Origin: Rhizophagus irregularis
Lineage: Eukaryota
Length of the DNA stretch: 64,000 nt
Reading direction: 5' to 3'
Assembly: GCF_026210795.1 (NCBI RefSeq)
Contig: NC_089430.1
Span: 3,782,001-3,846,000 of the forward strand
Positions 41,084 to 53,129 of this stretch are shown one piece after another (positions within the stretch are counted from its first letter, which is position 1; the number at the start of each line of letters is the position of its first letter). The notes under the pieces were generated by a model. That model was not told the origin of the DNA. It did no database searches and was given only the letters and a program-made list of their open reading frames with translations. Made by a program: the position numbers and the translations under genes.

Positions 41084-42050
41084 TTTGCTATTGTTTACGG
41101 CCAGACTACCCATTGCCTCTTATGAGACTAATCTCGGGTCTGTGTCCTATCATCTTCAATAGGCAACCATTAAACCGAGACTTAATTCCTCAGGTAACAG
41201 CACCATGTGTAAGACATCTCCCATCGAGCCATTTTAGGCTGATCTGAAGCTAGTACACACCGCCTACTCATCCTTAATCCATTGCATGATACTGGTACTC
41301 AATTTATTTTACGACCTTTAGAGAGCACCTACTTTCATGGAGGACTTTCGACAGGTAACATCAACCATCTAAGCACCCTTCCATACCACTATTTTAGGTA
41401 CGAGGTCTCACTCAAAGCGCCACTACAGCCCGCGATTACCTAGCACCGATAGTACAGTTGTTTACCCCAGGTAGTATGGCTTATGTAGTGACCACTGACA
41501 GGAAGTAGTAGGCTTCGTCCAGGATCACCCCATGTGGGTATCAACCACCAGGATCACCAACCAGGATCCCAGAAGTGGGGAATCGAACCCCATAACCATG
41601 CTACCTGTTCTGTGCACGAACACCTTGGTTGGCCTAAAACCTAACAGAAGGTCTAACTACTACTAAGACATTGCACCCTCAGCTTTACCATCTAGGACGA
41701 CCATCTAGCCATTACTGACCCCAAGCGGTATCGTGCGACCACCTGCATATGCTCCCCCCAGCGCATAGAAACACCTCAGCGGACAGGACTGCGCACATGC
41801 CAATGGCCTCATAGTGGAACGTTAAAAGGACACCATGACACTTAGCTTGAAATGTGCGGCCTAACCGTACACACTAATTCACCATGACAGTCCAACTACA
41901 CTAATCCCCGTACCTTCACGCTATTGGTTGTAGCATTCGCAGTAAAATTCTTTTTTATTTTCGTGGTCGGGAATCGAACCTGCGACCTCACCATACTCAG
42001 GCTTACAATGAGCTTTCAGTAACTAAACACCGAGATAGGCGACCAACCCT
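41084..42050 (-). mobile_element. SINE-like unit 3
   Basis: Full-length copy followed by the target motif at 42051-42066. Confidence 0.8.
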
Positions 42051-42066
42051 AGTTTTATCCTTTTCC

Positions 42067-43032
42067 TTTGCTAATGTTTACGGCCAGACCACCCATTGCC
42101 TCTTAATAATTAATCTCAGGTCTTCATATTCTATCATCTTCAACGCAACCATTATACCGCACTTAATTCCTCAGTAACAGCACCACTATAGAAGACATCC
42201 CCCATCGGGCCATTATAGGCTGATCTGAAGCTAAGACACGCCGCCTACTCATCCTATACCCATTGCATGATACTATACTCAATTTATTTAACGACCTTTA
42301 GAGAGCATCTACTTTCATGGAGGACTTTCGACAGGTAACATCAACCATCTAAGTACCCTTCCATACCACCATTTTAGGTACTAAGTCTCATTCAAAGCGC
42401 CACTACAGCCCGCGATTACCTAGCACCGATAGTACAGTTGTTTACCCCAAGGGTATACTGTACGACCACTCGTACATGGTAAGTAGCTTCTCGTCCAGGT
42501 ATCACCCCTTATGGCGGTATCAACCACCAGGGATCACCAACCTAGATCGTTAAGTGGGGTCGAACCCCATAACTACGCTACCTGTTCTGCGCACGAACAC
42601 CTTGGTTGGTCTCGCACCTAACAGAAGGTCAAACTACCACTATGACATTGCACCCTCAGCTTTACCATCTAGGACGACCATCTAGCCATTACTGACCACA
42701 AGTGGTATCGTGGAGTGACCACCTGAACAGGAAGTCCCCCCCAAGGTATAGTAGTGACCTCAAGGACAGGACTGCGCACATACCAATGGCCTCGTAGGGA
42801 ACGTTAGAAGGACACGCACCCTTAGTTGAAATGTGCGGCCTAACCGTACACACTAATTCACCATGATGCAGTCCAACTACACTAATCCCTGTACTTTCAC
42901 GCTATTGGTTGTAGCGTCCGCAGTAAAATTCTTTTTATTTCCGTGGTCATGGGAATCGAACCTGTGACCTCACCATACTCAGGCTTAATGAGGGTCTCAG
43001 TGACTAACCACCGAGATAGGGTGACCAACCCT
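42067..43032 (-). mobile_element. SINE-like unit 4
   Basis: Full-length copy followed by the target motif at 43033-43048. Confidence 0.8.
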
Positions 43033-43048
43033 AGTTTTATCCTTTTCC

Positions 43049-43552
43049 CCTGTACAAACAGTCTTATGACTTTATCTTTTATTTATACTTTGAACTTCGA
43101 AAATATAATCGAACAATATTACAAAAATAAGAAAATAAACTAATAAAAAATAAAAAGAGTAGCTTCACGATTCATACAAGTAAAGAAATCTAAACTAAAA
43201 TAAAATTAAAGCAAAGAAAAACTGAACTATTACAGAATCGCATACCCCAACTTTACCCAAAGGCCAGTGCTGAGTCAACTATCCAACATCCAAAAATCCA
43301 GTCCGTTACCAGAAAGAAATCCTAAGAGGTTGAACTGTTAAGCGGCGCAGAAAATCCAAGTGCGAGATCCAAGATCCACCCCGAATTATAGAAGAGAATA
43401 TCCAAGAAATCCAGGAATCCTGAGAGACTGACGCCAAAGAAGAGTTGTGTTGTTGTGAAGAAGTAGAATTAGGAGAAGCATTTGTAGATGGGCCACGTAA
43501 TTTGGAAGCAGCCGAGATACCCTGCGACTCTTCCCAAGCATGGAAAAGAACA
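43049..43552 (-). mobile_element. LINE 3'-terminal fragment (~500 bp)
   Basis: Near-identical to 53130-53630 (3' UTR plus ORF2 C-terminus ...SWISHLDF). Confidence 0.88.
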
Positions 43553-43821
43553 CACTAGCAAGCTAGTCGAATTAATCTTTAACCGAAGTTTTATGTGTAA
43601 ATTCTGGCTGACATAAAATGTTGTAAAATTTTGTAATTCAATAGAGTAAATTCATCAATCGCTAAAGCGCTGTATATAAATTTCTGATACAGAATGATAA
43701 AATTTGTATTCATAAAGAAAGAGGAAAGGAAATAGGAAAGCTTAAAATAAGCATGAAAAAAATGAAGTGTAAAAGGAGAATAATAAAAGGAAGGTAATTA
43801 ATTAATAAGAAACCAGCGCAA

Positions 43822-46145
43822 TTAGCGCATTAAAAAAACAGGATGAACAAAATCAGCGGGTAATTCCCACGATGTTCGGAAATCAGAAGGAGCAGGGTAA
43901 GGATGTGAATCAAACCAAGGTGCACAAACATCCAATAACATTAAGATATCACAAGGTTTAACACGACCTAGTTTGAAAGAAAACCGTGTTTCACTATTCC
44001 AAAGATGTGAAAATGTCGAAGAGGAAGCCGATTTGGTGATAACAGATTGAATGGCATCTCGAAGATACTTCTTTGATACCGAGGAAGTATTGTGCTTGGA
44101 AATTAATAACCAAAGGAAATTGTAGAAGAGGTACATAAATGAAGCACTATTCGAGAGTATCCTTCAGGACTATATCAATAATGGAACGACTAAAGCCAAG
44201 AGTTTTGAAATCTTGATAATCAATAGCAGGGCAGTTCGGACCAACAAAAGGACCAGAGGTGGGTTTGTCAGTGATAAAATGACTTGCAACTACAGAAGAG
44301 GGATTCAAAACCACTTTTTGGATAGAACCTGTAAACTTAGAAGACACGAACGCAACAGAAGATTGATGTGAACGTTCTTTTAAACAGAAGGAAACGTCAG
44401 GACGTGAGGATACAAGATTACGTATATTCTGGACAATTGAGTAATCAGTAGTAGACATAGTCAAATTATAGGAGGTAGGAGGAATGACTATAGCAGGATC
44501 CTTAGTGGCCATCCACATAGAAGAGTCAAGAAGATCGGGGTGAACAACATGTCGTGAAAATTTGCTCCGGTCTGATAAAAGGTCTTTACGCGTACTTCGA
44601 CGAGCAAGTTGTTTCTTCGTAGGGTGGGAGATAGATTTGTGAGCAGAATATGAGATAAGAGTTCGGGCAGAGAGTGAACCACTGTCGTCTCAAGAACATG
44701 ATGGAAAGCATAGGATTTGCGGTAGGAAACTCCTAGACGTCGGGAAGTAACGTCTTTATAAAAACCATCAGCGTGTCTTTTAGACACACGATTACAAGGT
44801 AAAGCGAAAGGAGGACAAGGAGGAGGGGAAGGAGTGTGAACAAGTTTTTTGTCATGAATATGACAAGCATGCGAAATGAGACATAACATAGGCAGCACGA
44901 GTCTTGCAAAACGGGCAACCAAAATAAAGGCCAAGGTAAAAACAAGATTGTTGGTATCGAAATTGAATAAAGGTACGAGAAGACGTCTATTATTACGATG
45001 AGAAGATGACCAACGGGCAAGAGAGGTAACCCGTTGTGTTAATAAAAGCTGGCGTAACCTATTAAAATATTTACGTCGAGCATGGGAGGGAATACGGTTT
45101 TGTCGGTAAAAGAAAAAGGTTAAAAATTTTGATAAAATAAATTTCAAATTAGGAGAAGGGCGGTCAGATGTAAATTGAAATGGATCCATAGTTGAAAGGA
45201 GAGGAGAATTGGTATGAACTGAATAACAATTATCCGAATCAGGAGTGGGGTCCAAAAGAAAGTAACAGTTGCCTCGGCGAATAGAATATAAACGGTTAGA
45301 GCTAACATTTCGAGCAGGACGTATCCGTCCATCCAAGATGGTACGTATTGTGAAAGTGTAAGATGAACACTGTACATTATCATGAAGAAGATGGGCTGAA
45401 GTAGAAGTTGCCGGTAAAGGTTCCGCAGGTGTACAATTCAAAGAAAGGACTGGAGAAGGGACGTTAATGTCATAATCAGCAGTATCTTCTGAAACTGAAA
45501 TTCGGGGAGTAATAAGAGAGGAGTCTAGGAATGTATTTTGAAAGGGACTTATAGGTTCAGAAGGACGTGATAAAGGTGGAACCAATAAACGTATTGTAGA
45601 AGGAGATAAAACCAGACGCGTAAAAGACAATTTAGTCTTAATTTTCTGTGCGCGCTTAAAAGATGCAGGGGAAATCATAGAGGATACGCGTTTACAAAGA
45701 AATTTATGAGTACGCCGTGAAGGGCGTAAACAATTGGTGCGTCGTGTAGAAGGGGTACGATAAATCTAAGATGAGATTAGGATCAGCCTCGTGTTTAGAA
45801 GCCCAAATAGCTAATGGAAGAGGAGGTAGATTATCAATCAATGGATCATCATGTGATTGATGATCGTCAACGAGGGGATAGCGAAATCCTTTTCGAATCC
45901 GCAGTAGACGAAAGAGTAGCAAATGCAAGTGTAAAAGGCGTTTTTGTTCAGAAAGAGATCATCTACATGAGCGCCAAAAGCGAGTAAGCACGTGACTTGG
46001 CGAAGAGTTATCAGGAAGAGAGTTGTAACGAGCAAAAAGAGTTTCTTGTTTAAGGGCGCACTTAGCGCGAAGGTCCTCAACTTCGCGAAGTTTGGAAAGA
46101 ACTTCATCCCAACTCAAGGTTGAGAAGTCGTGAGAAGAGGCCATA
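43822..46145 (-). pseudogene. Degenerate long ORF of unknown function (~770 codons with stops and frameshifts) joined to the LINE 3' end
   Basis: Consecutive minus-strand ORF pieces from MASSHDFSTLSWDEVL to ...ELPADFVHPVFLMR*. No introns evident; includes a CPFC...CHIH cluster. Confidence 0.6.
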
Positions 46146-46292
46146 GGCCAGAATAAGAATAGAAAAGATAAAAATAAAAGAAAAAGTAATAAAAAACTTT
46201 GGAAAAAAAATTTTTTATTTTTATGTAAATAATGTCGTGAGGGCAACGGGAGAGAGTTCAGTTTTTAGTTTTTCCTAGTTTTATCCTTTTCC

Positions 46293-47263
46293 TTTGCAAG
46301 TGTTTACGGCCAGACCACCCATTGCCTCTTATGAGACTAATCTCTGTGTCCTATCATCTTCAATGGGCAACCATTAAACCGAGTACTTAATTCCTCAGGT
46401 AACAGCACCACATAGAAGACATCCCCCATCGGGCCATTTTAGGCTGATCTGGAGCTAGGTACACGCCGCCTACTCATCCTATACCCATTGCATGATACTG
46501 ATACTCAATTTATTTTACGACCTTTAGAGAGCATCTACTTTCATGGAGGACTTTCGACAGGTAACATCAACCATCTAGTACCCTTCCATACCACCATTTT
46601 AGGTACTAAGTCTCACTCAAAGGCCACTACAGCCCGCGATTACCCAGCACCGATAGTACAGTTGTTTACCCCAAGTGGTATACTTTGTAGTGACCACTCA
46701 GACAGGAAGTAGCAGGCATCTGTCCAGGATCACCCCTTATGGTGGGTATCAACCACCAGGGATCACCAACCAGGACCCAAGCGAGAAATCGAACCCTATA
46801 GCCATGCTACCTGTTCTGTGCACGAACACTTTGGTTGGTCTAAGACCTAACAGAAGGTCAAACTACCACTAAGACATTGCACCCTCAGCTTTACCATCTA
46901 GGACGACCATCTAGCCATTACTGACCCCAAGTGGTATCGTGGAGTGACCACCCAGACAGGAAGTCCCCCCGCGGTATAGTAGTAACCTCAGGACAGGACT
47001 GCGCACATGCCAATGGCCTCCATAGGGAACGTTAGAAGGACACCATGACCCTTAGTTGAAATGTGCGGCCTAACCGTACACACTAATTCACCATGATGCA
47101 GTCCAACTACACTAATCCCCTGTACCTTCACGCTATTGGTTGTAGCGTCGCAGTAAAATTCTTTTTATTTCCGTGGTCATGGGAATCGAACCTGCGACCT
47201 CACCATACTCAGGCTTAATGAGGGTCTCAGTGACTAACCACCGAGATAGGGTGACCAACCCTT
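46293..47263 (-). mobile_element. SINE-like unit 5
   Basis: Full-length copy between target motifs at 46277-46292 and 47264-47279. Confidence 0.8.
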
Positions 47264-47410
47264 AGTTTTATCCTTTTCCGATCACTGGCTGACGAGTTAT
47301 TCAACAAAATGTTAAACATCGGCATTATAATATTTCTTGATTTACGTTTACTGCGCCATTTAACATTTTGCTAGATTTCTCAGTACCTAGTGATTGTAAA
47401 AAGACGATTT

Positions 47411-47790
47411 ATAGCTCGTTGGAATCGCCTCATCGAGACGAATCGAATGGTGGTAAGCTCATCTCTCTATGATCAATATATTGACGGAGTTATTACTTAA
47501 AAACTATTTAATATTTTTTAATTTCGGAAATTGATCTAGTGATTGGATTTCAATGTATCTTATACCATTAGATTTGTCTCATCAAGACGAATCGAATGGT
47601 AGTAAGATCGTTTTTCTAGGATCAATATTGGCAGAGTTATTATACAAAAACCATTAATATTTTTTTAATTTCGGAAATTAATCTAGTGATTGGATTTCGA
47701 CGTATTTTATACCATTAGAACCGTCTCATCAAGACGAATCGAATGGCGGTAAGATCATCTTTCTACGATTAACATTGGCAAAGTTACGAT
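47411..47790. repeat. Three ~148-bp internal repeats with long palindromes (host copy 1)
   Basis: TACCATTAGA(T/A)...GTCTCATCAAGACGAATCGAATGG at ~47563 and ~47710, with a variant at ~47420. Confidence 0.8.
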
Positions 47791-48214
47791 ACAATAAAGT
47801 TTTAAGTATAATTCTGGCTAAAATTATGTTAATTTTTGGCCGGAATTATGACATACAAATATAAGAAATTTTTTATATAGTCACATCTCTTTATAATCAC
47901 CAAATATGGACTGTCCCAAATGTGTGACTATAAAGAGAGTTGACTGTATATATGAATTATTTTGTAAAATTTAAATAGCAATTTATAATATTTTTTTTAT
48001 TTATTTAACTTTATAATTAATAGAATTTCATATCAATTTAATTTTATTTAATTATATTATATAATAAGGGGAGTTACATATATTACGTAATATTCATTTT
48101 AATATAAACTTACTCCCCTCTCCCCTTTGTCAGATTTAATAACCAATCAAATTATAATATTTATAAATTATATATTTTATTAAGTGTAACGTAAAATTTT
48201 GGTTACCCTCCTCC

Positions 48215-51200
48215 TATACATGCGGGTGAATTAGGATTAGGTGATGCCAAAATATTACGGCAGTGTAATGTATTACACCACAAAATGTCAAAATGAGTTA
48301 CACTACCGTAATGCCAAATTGGCGAATTGACGAAATGAATTACACTGTCGTAATGCCGAATTGATGAATTGACGAAATAAATTGCACTGCCATAATGCCG
48401 AATTGACGAAATGACAAATTGCCAAATTGCCAAATTGATAAAATAAATTATACCGTATTACCGTTGAATTGCACTTTATTAAAATCATTAACTACTTTTA
48501 ATTATTTACTTCAAATAATTTTTATCAAATTATAAATCTTTATCGCATAAGTTTATAATATATAAAAGCAGTACAAAAAAATTTATTATATATAAAACTA
48601 CTACTCAGAAAAAAACTATTACAAATTACCTATTTTAAAGAAAAACAAAAAAAAATACTACTGTAATTACTGCGTTTCATTTTCTTTAGTGCTATTAACT
48701 TTAGCAAGAATATCATCTACATTAAATTTCATTTCACCATGATCAATTTTTTCAGGTTCCATTTCTTCCTCAGACCTCAGTATGATTTAATTTAATCAAA
48801 TTACCTACTATTAAATCTGAATCATCTTCGGTTAATTGATCATTATTTCCTTCTTCATCTTCTGGAACCAAATTTTCAAAAGGATCATTATCATTTTCTA
48901 TTTCATTAATAAACATATCTGAATCTGAAGTAAGTGAATTAGTATAACTTTGCATTATTTCACTAAAAGCGTCATCAGATAGATTTTTGCCAACATAATT
49001 AAGTTCTTGTTGTGCATTCAAAATATAAAATGAATGCAATCTTGCCATATTGGATACTTTTTCCACTTTAAGTCTAATAAATATAAAAAAGAATTTAATA
49101 AAAAAATATAAATTTTAATAAAATAAATATTCTATGAATATACCTGCTTCGTCTTTTTTGGGTAAACCAATTTAATACTGAGAAAACACGCTCACAGCTT
49201 GCACTATGAGGAACAATAGAAAGAATATATAAAGCCAATTCTTGCAAATAATGATTTGATTGTTTACATCCTAACCACCATGATTGGGGAGTTTGAAGTT
49301 CGTCAATATAAGGAAAATTATAAGGAGACTTAAAATCATCATAATTATTCATTTGAACAGCAAGTGTAAATGCTGATTTTAATCCTCCGCCCATTTTTGA
49401 CCATAAGGCAAAAGCTTTCCTTTGGATTAGTAATTGATAGGTTTTAGGTATAAATCCTTTTCCGCGAAATTTTGGATGCAAAAAATATGCTAGTAAATAT
49501 AATTCATGATCAAACTGCTTCCATCTATTATTATAAAATTGAATGCATTTTTGCCGAAACTCTTTTAATTCTTCAGTACTTTCAGTAGATAAAGCCTTGA
49601 TAGCAGTAGCCATTTGAATGAGAGCCAAAAAAACATCAGCCATAGTTGCATTTTTACCTTCAATACTCTTCACAGCATTTTTTGCAGGTTCTAAAATAGT
49701 TGTAAGACTTTCAACATTCAACCAAAAATTTCGATTATTTACTAAATTTTGTAAAGTTTGATTCATTGCTTTAGAATCAGCAATTAACATCTAGAAATAT
49801 AATAATAAAATATTTAATAATTTGACATTAACTTAGAAATTAACTACAATTTCACTTACATTTTTGAAAATAGTTTCTAAACGTAATACTGATGTACAGC
49901 AATCCCAAGCAGTACTCCATCTTGTTTTAACCGAACTTTTTAATCTACCTCCAACAATTAACTCTTTTTTGATTTTTTCACGAAGAGTAGCTCCAGATTG
50001 ATGTGACTCAGCAAAATAAGTAACAAATTTCTGACAGTTAATAAGTATATTATTTGAAAATGGATTTTTTTTCATAATATCAGTACAAATTAATTGCACG
50101 TGATGAGCGATACAACGGACTGGCAAAATTTTAGGATATTCTTCAGATATTAATCTCTTAGCTAATTGCATAGCACTAGCATTATCCGACACTACTGAAG
50201 AAAAACGCTGTGGGCCTATATCTTTAAGGACTTTCTTTATTTCTTCTGCTGTAAAAAGACCAGTGTGAGAGTTTTTTGAACAGTCTTTAACTTTAATTAC
50301 ATATTCTTTTCGTTCAGGAGTAATTATAACAAAAGAAAAATAAGAATGATGGTTGCTACTTGTCCATCCGTCTAACACTTAATATTGAAATAAAAATAAT
50401 ATTAATATTTATTGGAGATATAATAAATAAAAAAAAATTATTTACCAAGTGAAAGATTTTCTTGTTTTTTAAGTATTTCTTCAACATCAACGGTAATTCT
50501 TGCCACTTCATTACTAAGCCAAGTATCACTTAATGTTTTCCTGTCTGGCAATTGATAACTAACGCATAAATTCATTACAAGATCAATAAAGAATGGACTT
50601 TCTACAGTAGAAAAAAGGACGCCACAGCATACAAAAAATCTAGTCAATGCTCTATTACAAAGATATTGTTGTCCAGGATCTATTGCTGATTTTTGTAATT
50701 TAGATGTGATTTTTGGTTGAATTCCAGTTGCAATTTCTTCATTAAGTTTTCGCTTCCTTGTAGTAATTCGACCAGAAGATTGCTCATTATTTTGTGCAAG
50801 AATTCTGAGATATTGTTCTTTAACTGAAGCTTCAACTTTTTCACATTATAATGCTAAATGTGCCATCATATCTGGAACTCTTCCTCTGTTCCAAGCATCG
50901 CCACAATATACACAAGTACTAGGTGAGTGGCCAAATTTTCTAGCTTCCTCTTCAATAAAATAATTCCATATATCATTTTTTTTCTTGCCAGGCTTCTTGA
51001 ATTCTTCAGTTTCCGGAAGATCTGATAATTCTACAAAATTTAGATCTTGAAAAGATCTTGTTTCATCAAGAGAATCTGTTTCATTAGCCATAATTTCTCT
51101 TTAATTAACTTTTGTAATAGAAAATTTGAAAAAAAATAGCATGCGAAAACTTTTTCCGATAAATATTGATCAACCTGATTACATTTTAGCCAATCATTAA

Positions 51201-52546
51201 CTGGCGTCAAACACGTTAATCATACAAATTTTTAGGATAACGATATTAGAATTAAAAAATTTCACCTAGAAATTCCAAAGATTAAAAAGTAATAATGAAA
51301 AATTTTAGGTTTAATAAAGTTTATGATTCTAGTTTACACTTTTTAAAAATGAATAAATAATAAAATTAAAAAATTACATGAATTTCATTCTTATGATGCG
51401 AGAATATTTTATTTCTTAATCACTGGCAAAATAATTAAGTTTCGCAAATAATCATAATTTCTAGTTAATCCAGTTTTATTATTCTTACTTATACAGTCTT
51501 AAATTTTCGGTTTGATAATTCATTTGAATTTTATCGATAGAAACCAAAACTGAACTGGTATATCAATAAGACACTTGGTCACGTCCCTTTCTAAAATTTT
51601 TTTTTTTAAAAAAAAGTATATATATAAATGATATTTCCAAAAATAAAAAAAAAATAAAGGAACCCTCTTTTGAAACATACCATAAGAAATATAGCTCAAT
51701 TGCTTAAGGTGCACTCCAAGGAAAAGTAGTTCATTTTACTGCTAACAATGATTCTGAAGAAAATTGAAGAAACATTCTCTTAAATCACCCTGTATTATCT
51801 AACCATCAGTCAACTGTCCAAGAAAGCAATATCTGAAAATAATAAAAAGAAAAAATGTTAGAAATATTTCCAAATAAAAATAATAATAAAAAAGCTTCGA
51901 ATAACCATAATAAAGAAGTAACGTACAGTATCTGTAAGTAAATTACGCACTATATTCCACTATGCCAGCAATTTAATACTTACCGGTTAAATTGCATAAA
52001 AATAGAAGAATAAGTTCCATTTAAATGACAAAACTAGTTCTCTAGTAAAAAGAGTTTCGTCTATAAATTATTAAAAATCCTATCAGAAAAGAAGTTTTTG
52101 GTAAAGTCACGCAGTTTTTCTGAAGGAAAAAAAACACACTTAAATCCCTTTAAATTATACAAAATCAAAACCTACTTTTATATGGAAATTATACATTAAT
52201 TATATTGGCAATGATCTTGCTAAAAATCGAACAGATTTAAAAAATAAACACCTTTAACCCCTAAATTTTACAAAAAAAAATTGTCTACCTTTATATGGAA
52301 GTTGTGTATCAGCTGTGTCACTAAAATAATTCAGTTAACTTTTGACAATTATGATTTATGACCAATCAGCATTACGCCAATTCACCAAATTGGTGCAATT
52401 CGGCATTACGTCAATTCACTAAATCAGCACAAATCGGCATTACGGCAATTCAGCATGTGCTATTTTAGATCGGGTCTGGTGTAATATATTTCGGCATTAT
52501 ATAGTGTATTGCCAAATTACCATGGGTTAATTCACCACCATGTATA
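48215..52546 (-). mobile_element. hAT-superfamily DNA transposon, full length
   Basis: TIR TATACATGCGGGTGAATTA vs TATACATGGTGGTGAATTA. Subterminal GTAATGCCGAATTG repeats at left, inverted copies at right. Encodes a hAT transposase. Confidence 0.85.
48667..51091 (-). pseudogene. hAT transposase (BED zinc finger, RNase H-like core, dimerisation domain), three introns, premature stops
   Basis: DIWNYF...CVYC...MAHL, LDGWTS, SDNASAM, RCIAHHVQL, TRWSTA, AYFLHPKFRG and PHSASCERVFS. Stops at 50846 and 48770. Confidence 0.88.
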
Positions 52547-53129
52547 CCCTCCCCCCCTTTGATAATTACATAATATCTGTAAGCTTCCTAATTGAAACAT
52601 AGAATTTTTTATAATCATAATTATTTTTATTATACACTGTATTAATTAATTTAACTATATAAATTTATATTAGAAAATACATTATTAGTTAATTAATAAT
52701 ATAATTTGTAATTAGATAGTATAATAAAACAATGCAATAAATTTTTATATTAAAAAAAAATTTTAATTAACATTTTGTTTTGATTGTTTTATGTATTTTC
52801 TAATAAAATATTAGTGTTTTTCAATTAAAAATACAGTCAACTCCCTCTATAGTCACTCCCGTTATAGTCACATTCTACTATATAGTCACACCAGTTGAAT
52901 GTTCAAAACACTTTATTATTAAAAACTATCCTATATAGTCACAATCTATCTATAGTCACTATCACACCTATCCTCAAAAATCTTATATTAAAAAGAACCG
53001 TTTATAATCACAGTTATTTAAAGAATATATTAAATAACTTGGCATCTAATAATCGTACAAAGATGTATCATAGCTTGTTAGAATCGTCTCACTGAGATTA
53101 ATCGAATGGTGGTAGTTTTATCCTTTTGC

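Larger units (their letters stand above)
39023..47946. mobile_element. Non-autonomous Tc1/mariner-type host element, copy 1 (~0.86 kb when empty), carrying ~8 kb of stacked retro-inserts
   Basis: TIR CAGTCAACTCCCTCTATAGTCAC vs CAGTCAACTCTCTTTATAGTCAC, with TA on both sides. Host sequence stops at 39214 and resumes at 47280, collinear with copy 2. Confidence 0.88.
48068..52588. mobile_element. Small TAA-flanked MITE (~190 bp) split by the hAT insertion
   Basis: GGGGAGTTACATATATTACGTAAT vs GGAAGCTTACAGATATTATGTAAT (reverse complement; 18/24). TAA at 48065-67 and 52589-91. Confidence 0.5.

Noticed and set aside
39523..43143. Short ORFs within SINE units
   Set aside because: Frames are not conserved between copies.
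43553..43570. Helitron 3' end
   Set aside because: A CTAG-containing hairpin is present, but there is no separate subterminal hairpin, no A/T insertion site and no TC 5' end.
46660..46740. Canonical HDV-like or hammerhead ribozyme
   Set aside because: The P1.1 GG and J4/2 elements are not found and there is no CUGAnGA...GAAA core. Kept only as an unclassified motif.
47165..47263. Functional tRNA genes at the SINE heads
   Set aside because: The D and T stems are non-canonical, the copies vary, and they are embedded in a repeat. Treated as tRNA-derived heads.
39200..47279. CRISPR array
   Set aside because: The spacers are ~1-kb homologous elements, the repeats are 16-bp target duplications, there are no cas genes and the context is eukaryotic.
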